IMG/VR virus record: IMGVR_UViG_3300005920_000007
Length of the DNA stretch: 64,000 bases
Source of the DNA: an uncultured virus (IMG/VR IMGVR_UViG_3300005920_000007)
Lineage: Duplodnaviria; Heunggongvirae; Uroviricota; Caudoviricetes
Reading direction: 5' to 3' (one strand)
A model generated the notes under the pieces. The model ran no database searches. It saw only the letters and a list, made by a program, of their open reading frames with translations, and was not told the DNA's origin. The translations under genes were made by a program, and so were the position numbers. Shown in pieces: positions 59,214-64,000 of this stretch (its first letter is position 1; the number at the start of each line of letters is the position of its first letter).

Positions 59214-59497
59214 TGGCTCGCTCACAGGAAGCGCGCACCATCGACTTGTTGGCCCATAGAGCACTTGTTCGCAAAAATATGGGGCGTGATGGCAAGGCCA
59301 TGATGTTGGAGGATGGCTCTCTGCGGCCGCACTCGATAGTCATGAACACCTCTAACATTCATGTTAAAGTGGCTATTGCCGATCCAAAGTCGCACACTGT
59401 ACGCATCTCAGATATTGATTTGGTTACGGGGATGTCTAACTATCACCTTGAAAAGACCTTTTTCAACATGGCTCTGTTTGATGAGGTTGAAGCATAG
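59213..59497 (+). CDS. hypothetical protein
   Basis: TAATG overlap. Confidence 0.7.
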   Translation: MARSQEARTIDLLAHRALVRKNMGRDGKAMMLEDGSLRPHSIVMNTSNIHVKVAIADPKSHTVRISDIDLVTGMSNYHLEKTFFNMALFDEVEA

Positions 59498-59721
59498 TGG
59501 GATTTTCTGTTGCCAAGGAGTATCACTGGTGCGTGATTGCACTCATCTTCGGCGCATTCAGCCTGCTGTTACTGCTTATATGCGCAGTCATCGGCGTTGA
59601 CAGGAGCGCGGTGGAGCCCAGTGCATTCTATGCCATCATAGGCGCCGGAGCCATCAACTTGATGTGCCTTTGTTTCCTCTGGTTAAGGTATGTAGACAAA
59701 CTCAAATACATTGACGACTGA
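59497..59721 (+). CDS. small 2-TM protein
   Basis: Coupled GTG start; hydrophobic. Confidence 0.65.
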   Translation: MGFSVAKEYHWCVIALIFGAFSLLLLLICAVIGVDRSAVEPSAFYAIIGAGAINLMCLCFLWLRYVDKLKYIDD

Positions 59722-59830
59722 TACCGCATTGATGTGCTTTGTTGCCTTGTGAACAAAACAAGAAAAAGTGTTGACATAACTCACAGGCTTTGAGATACTA
59801 ATCCTGTCAACATAACACGAGGATACACCA

Positions 59831-60094
59831 ATGCAAACCACTCAGTCTTACCTGCTTTTCCCGGTTAAGCCCAGCTACCCTATTGACGAGGACGGCACAG
59901 AAGGCACCTTGGAAGAACACTTGGCATATGTCGATAATGGCGGTACACCAGACATGTGGGACAGCGTAGAAACTGAGAACATCATGGATGTATTCAAACA
60001 AGTTCGCTACTCAGGCCTTCACCTTATCATCGTACGCAACGATGGTGATCCTGAAGTTGTCGGGGAATTTGACCCGTCAGAATATTCAGATTAA
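59831..60094 (+). CDS. small acidic protein
   Basis: Follows repeat copy 59771. Confidence 0.75.
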   Translation: MQTTQSYLLFPVKPSYPIDEDGTEGTLEEHLAYVDNGGTPDMWDSVETENIMDVFKQVRYSGLHLIIVRNDGDPEVVGEFDPSEYSD

Positions 60095-60146
60095 CGTTAT
60101 TAACCACGGCTGCAATAGCGGCCGTGGGAGCTACCAGTGAGGCAAC

Positions 60147-60371
60147 ATGAAACCGACTCTTATTGCACTGTGCATTTTGCTACTTTGCGCGATAACCGCG
60201 TCATCGGGCTGCACGCTTCAACGCCAGGTCGTGGCGAGCGCCTCTCTTGCCGATGAAGCAACAATGGATCACGTTACTGCGGCATTCCTTCGCGACACAG
60301 CCACGGTGACATTGACGACCCCTCAGGGGCGTGTCATACGCACATCACGTGCGAGGCAGTACTACTTTTAA
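60147..60371 (+). CDS. small putative lipoprotein
   Basis: Signal peptide plus SSGC. Confidence 0.6.
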   Translation: MKPTLIALCILLLCAITASSGCTLQRQVVASASLADEATMDHVTAAFLRDTATVTLTTPQGRVIRTSRARQYYF

Positions 60372-60372
60372 G

Positions 60373-60423
60373 CCTTGGTGATGTGCTGACACGCTCACCA
60401 CCAGCCCGCCACTGGCGGGCTTT
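60373..60423 (+). terminator. Conserved hairpin plus terminator, copy 2
   Basis: Near-identical to 58042-58093. Confidence 0.7.
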
Positions 60424-60509
60424 CTTTTGGCTGTTGAGTCGCGCCACCATTGACAACCATCATAGATTCACGTTACAGTTTTATACAGACAATAACAAGG
60501 GATGCTCGC

Positions 60510-61061
60510 ATGAGTACAGCAACACCTGAAACACCAACGCACTTTCAAATAGGCATGAACACATTCACCGCAGAAATCGTTGCTGCGGCAATCACTGCCC
60601 CCTTAAAAATGCTCAATTTTTCACGATTCGATAATGCTCATGATGCGCTCGACGAAGTGAAAAAAATCACTACTGAGCGCCTCCCTGATCAGACCGCGTT
60701 AACCACATACTGTGGCAGTGAGCTGGTGGCCAAACTCAATGAAGACACACCTGTCGCCATTTACGAGGTGTATCGCTCGCTCTCCCCTCTGGCACCCAAG
60801 GCTGACGCTTTGACGCTAAAAGCGACGGAAGGGAAAGGCATCTTTTTGTGTTGCTTGCCGTCTTACGGGGCCAGAACACTGGTCAATTTATTTGTTGCCA
60901 CTTACATTGACACGATCATCGATGAAGTGAAGCGTTTCGACACAGACGGGCATGTTAGTAACGTGCTTAAGAACGAGCCGCGTCGTTTTCCTTTGACACT
61001 TTCTGCCATCTTAATGGCAAGTCTTGGACGCACTGACTACGATTTGTCACTCGCGGCTTAA
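60510..61061 (+). CDS. hypothetical protein
   Basis: AAGGGA RBS; TTGACA at 60450. Confidence 0.75.
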   Translation: MSTATPETPTHFQIGMNTFTAEIVAAAITAPLKMLNFSRFDNAHDALDEVKKITTERLPDQTALTTYCGSELVAKLNEDTPVAIYEVYRSLSPLAPKADALTLKATEGKGIFLCCLPSYGARTLVNLFVATYIDTIIDEVKRFDTDGHVSNVLKNEPRRFPLTLSAILMASLGRTDYDLSLAA

Positions 61062-61086
61062 AAGCATAGACAACAAGGATAATGTG

Positions 61087-62340
61087 ATGAGAATTAAATC
61101 GATAAATGAAGGAAAGGCGCTGCTTTTGCTTGAACGACACAAACACTGCGACCAGACCATGCACGCACTTTCCCGCGCATTATATGTTGGCATAAGAAAC
61201 AGCCTCATCACACTGCTAGGCGCGCTGCTTTTGCTAGTTGCGCTCTCAGATATAAAAGCGACAACATTGATGTTTCTCGCTTTCATAGGCGCCATAGCGC
61301 CTCTTTTCTACATCGCTGTGCACGCGTTCTTTGAGCGACGTGACGCTATCCGTCGAGGTGATCACAATGGCATCCTTAAACTTGCCCTGCGCCTGCCCGA
61401 ACAAACCAGTAAAATTATCCCTTATGGGCTGCCTTTTGGATTGAGCGTAATTTTTTACGAAGCGTACTCCACCCTCACTACGGGCACGTTCGCATCCTCC
61501 ATGCTGCTAGGCACATGCCTTATTGTGACGGTCTATAGCGCGACGCTTTTCTTATTCAATAGCGCTAAACCTGCGCATGAGGCGAGAAACAAAAAGAGCG
61601 CGATGGATGTCGCACTCAGTGAATTTGAAACATCAGATAGCGGCAAGCAGACCGCAGTGCTTAAGCGTTTTGGATTTTATCTTTCCAGCAGCCATAACAA
61701 ATTTGGCAGCCTTCTCACCTCAAAAGAAGAGCAATCAGCTGTTATTGAGGCCGGTAAAGGTGTGATTAAAAGCCACAGTCAGGCCCGGGACGCTATTTAC
61801 CTTCAAAACGGTTTAATGACTTGTCTTATCACAGTGGCCACGGTCATTTTTATGTACATTGCTCACCATGGATTAGTCACGCTAACTGACACACAAGCAG
61901 CTTCATACCCGCTCTCACTAATGATGGGGTTGTTCGGACTTTACGTCGGGCGTCACATTGGACTTAGTTTGTCTGTCAACCCTACGCTTGACTTTACCAC
62001 GACCAATGAGCACGATGCTTATGACTATACGGGGCCACGAGCAAGTGATTTGATACGCTCACGAGCATTTTCGGTCACCTCTCCCCTTATTCCTGTTGTC
62101 ATGATGGCACTTACTCTAGCCCCTTCGACGCTATTTTCGTCGGCAACGGCCGAGGTTGCGTTCCAGCTTGCATTGATCACGTTCTTGCCATTGCTTTTGA
62201 ATGCTGCGGTGACTCGAATGTCACTGAGCATCATTGCCAGCACGGAGCGTGACATTGATGCGCTAAGGCGTGATGTAGAGTATGCTAAGAAAAAATCCAA
62301 CGTCTTGCAGTTCCATCGCAAGCATAAAGCGAGCGCTTAA
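61087..62340 (+). CDS. multi-pass membrane protein (about 8 TM)
   Basis: Paired hydrophobic segments. Confidence 0.8.
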   Translation: MRIKSINEGKALLLLERHKHCDQTMHALSRALYVGIRNSLITLLGALLLLVALSDIKATTLMFLAFIGAIAPLFYIAVHAFFERRDAIRRGDHNGILKLALRLPEQTSKIIPYGLPFGLSVIFYEAYSTLTTGTFASSMLLGTCLIVTVYSATLFLFNSAKPAHEARNKKSAMDVALSEFETSDSGKQTAVLKRFGFYLSSSHNKFGSLLTSKEEQSAVIEAGKGVIKSHSQARDAIYLQNGLMTCLITVATVIFMYIAHHGLVTLTDTQAASYPLSLMMGLFGLYVGRHIGLSLSVNPTLDFTTTNEHDAYDYTGPRASDLIRSRAFSVTSPLIPVVMMALTLAPSTLFSSATAEVAFQLALITFLPLLLNAAVTRMSLSIIASTERDIDALRRDVEYAKKKSNVLQFHRKHKASA

Positions 62341-62396
62341 CATGGTAGGCAACCTGTGTTACAATGACAATGTCAACACAACACAGGTTATTCTCT

Positions 62397-62894
62397 ATGT
62401 ATCCATGCTACATCGAACAAACCAAGATTGCTCACGGCCATGATCACAAAGGTCGTGACCTTACGATAGACAAGACACAAACACCGGTTAAATGCGCGCG
62501 CTTCTTCTGTGCTTACCCGAAAGAGCAGGACGACCACGGTAATATCGTCACTTACCAGTATTCAGAACAGTCACCTCTTGGTATTCGCCATGTCACGCTG
62601 TCAGCAGACTCGGTTAAGACGTGCTTTGTTAAGCATCGTCCTGTTGAGCACGGTGATACACTGAAGGCCAAGGTGGACACCAAAGGTTACATCAAGTGCG
62701 TCAACAGCGCCCCCCTAACCTTAGCGATAAAACAAGGTGAGGTTCTCACGTGCATCAACAGCAAGCTTAATACGTTCTGCAAGGTGGGTGAACCACATCG
62801 CATCTTCGGAATAAATCGCATGCTGATAGGAGACTATGCTCACACCATTGCCGATCCTGACGAGTTCCTTGTATTACCTTATGTAGAGACGTAG
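62397..62894 (+). CDS. hypothetical protein
   Basis: Follows degenerate repeat copy 62337. Confidence 0.7.
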   Translation: MYPCYIEQTKIAHGHDHKGRDLTIDKTQTPVKCARFFCAYPKEQDDHGNIVTYQYSEQSPLGIRHVTLSADSVKTCFVKHRPVEHGDTLKAKVDTKGYIKCVNSAPLTLAIKQGEVLTCINSKLNTFCKVGEPHRIFGINRMLIGDYAHTIADPDEFLVLPYVET

Positions 62895-63007
62895 GCCGCA
62901 GTTGCCACACCTCTTATCGGTTGCAAAAAAAAACACAAAAAACTGTTGACAACAAACACAGGTTTTGCGATACTAATCCTGTCAGCACAACAACACAGGA
63001 AAACATC

Positions 63008-63406
63008 ATGAGCTTCATGCGTGAACAAGCACTTAAAGCCCGTCGCCAAGTACTAAACCTCCACCTTAAAAAGTTGGATGCAGCCTTTCGCTCGCTTAAA
63101 AAAGACAAAGGTTTCGCGGCAGCACGTCTTACCAAAGATCACCACGACTCTGGCCAGGTGCGCTCTGAACTTGCTGAGGAAAAACTGGGCAAAGGGGCGC
63201 TAGATAGCGGTAACCTTTATGCGTTTTGTGGCATCATTAAGCGTGGGTGGACGACGCTACCAAATCAAACGTCTATCTTTTGGAATAGCACGGTTCCTAG
63301 CTCTCGCAAGATCATCGTCGACACGATGCAAGACGCAGGGCTTGTTGTCACGAACCCTGACGCTCCTCACGAAGCGGTTGTGGTAAAGTTAAGTGATGCG
63401 GCATAG
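63008..63406 (+). CDS. hypothetical protein
   Basis: Follows repeat copy 62946. Confidence 0.75.
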   Translation: MSFMREQALKARRQVLNLHLKKLDAAFRSLKKDKGFAAARLTKDHHDSGQVRSELAEEKLGKGALDSGNLYAFCGIIKRGWTTLPNQTSIFWNSTVPSSRKIIVDTMQDAGLVVTNPDAPHEAVVVKLSDAA

Positions 63407-63457
63407 CCGCATTCACTGCTCTTCATTTTACTAACGCAACACTATAGGCAAAAAACA

Positions 63458-63760
63458 ATGAGTACTCCTACAGAATCCATCGAAAATGCAACATTTGATT
63501 GCGCTGAACCCGTCATGAATGCGCTACCTGATAGCGTTAATCACGCTAACCCCAATGGGGCACGCGCGAAGCAGGGATGGCGCGCCCTTCATGGCTACGC
63601 AAAACACATTTACGGAAGCAGTGGAGGCGAACCTGTCGAGCAGGGAGTACGCGACTTGCTATCTGATCTCCAGCACACATGCGAACATCTTAACATCGAT
63701 TTCATGGAAGCGCTGGAGCGTGCTAGTTCCGTCTTCAATAGTGAGAAAGAACATCCATAA
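63458..63760 (+). CDS. hypothetical protein (DLLSDL.H motif)
   Basis: ORF; motif recalled from MGE hypotheticals. Confidence 0.75.
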   Translation: MSTPTESIENATFDCAEPVMNALPDSVNHANPNGARAKQGWRALHGYAKHIYGSSGGEPVEQGVRDLLSDLQHTCEHLNIDFMEALERASSVFNSEKEHP

Positions 63761-63835
63761 ATGTCTCTTTTTATTGACAACACTCTCAGCTTTTGAGATA
63801 CTAATCCTGTCAACACAACAGTCTCGGAGAGCACT

Positions 63836-64000
63836 ATGAAAACATTGTTTGTCCCACTTGAGCTAATTACGCCAAACAGCGCGCAAATCGCAGGGCAAAG
63901 CATCAAAGCAACGGTATGTCAGAGCAAAATGCTCTCTTCTGAAAGTGCGTTATACCCTAACGTAAACTTGACGGGTTACGGTGCTCTCTCGTTACTTGGC
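63836..64000 (+). CDS. partial hypothetical protein
   Basis: Follows repeat copy 63774; runs off the window. Confidence 0.6.
   Translation, partial: MKTLFVPLELITPNSAQIAGQSIKATVCQSKMLSSESALYPNVNLTGYGALSLLG

Larger units (their letters stand above)
263..63819 (+). repeat. Dispersed ~46-bp promoter/operator repeat family (46 + strand copies)
   Basis: Consensus TTGACAacnctcacantttTGAGATACTaatccTGTCAACACAAC followed by RBS and ATG. The -35 starts at 263, 3956, 4979, 6212, 7090, 8403, 10872, 13413, 14674, 15833, 17857, 19302, 21217, 21535, 23527, 24525, 26533, 27387, 28953, 31515, 31907, 32615, 35518, 35987, 37211, 38199, 38655, 39278, 42802, 43423, 44253, 45561, 46392, 47571, 49230, 49931, 50923, 51529, 55379, 57008, 57520, 58119, 59771, 62337, 62946 and 63774. 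Confidence 0.95.

Noticed and set aside
263..63819. Repeat family as a CRISPR array
   Set aside because: Spacing is irregular (0.3-3 kb), the intervals are whole genes, the copies are degenerate and there are no cas genes.
263..63819. Repeat family as integron attC sites
   Set aside because: Box order is GTTGAC...GTCAAC rather than RYYYAAC...GTTRRRY, the repeats carry -35/-10 elements upstream of genes, and no integrase is present.

Overview
64 kb, roughly 45% GC by eye, of densely packed and mostly short hypothetical genes, nearly all on the + strand. There are no rRNA, tRNA, CRISPR, phage structural or conjugation genes. The SSB and the two PEP-CTERM-type proteins look Alteromonas-like, so this is most likely the leading/early region of a large marine gammaproteobacterial mobile replicon (megaplasmid or jumbo phage; not resolvable from this window). 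Three regulatory layers are visible in the DNA. (1) About 48 dispersed copies of a ~46-bp promoter/operator, TTGACA-N17-GATACT-N5-TGTCAACACAAC, each heading a small gene cassette. (2) Eight separate transcription units, each with a ~165-240-nt non-coding leader sharing one fold: a 3' hairpin next to the RBS whose loop (often GGAAC plus 5-7 nt) is complementary to a segment ~90-125 nt upstream. The paired sequence differs in every copy, and every leader precedes a protein with the same short helical motif plus a variable domain. (3) A terminator-capped stem-loop RNA at 36985-37167 whose loops are antisense to the shared 5' end and RBS of the repeat-driven transcripts. Recognisable cargo: ssb, a dCMP-deaminase fusion, a NUDIX-like protein, a secreted HNH nuclease, an SPFH-like lipoprotein, an S24/S26-like peptidase, a PcfJ-like protein and two sigma54-driven PEP-CTERM proteins. 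All structures were read by eye, and domain calls come from remembered motifs, not database searches.
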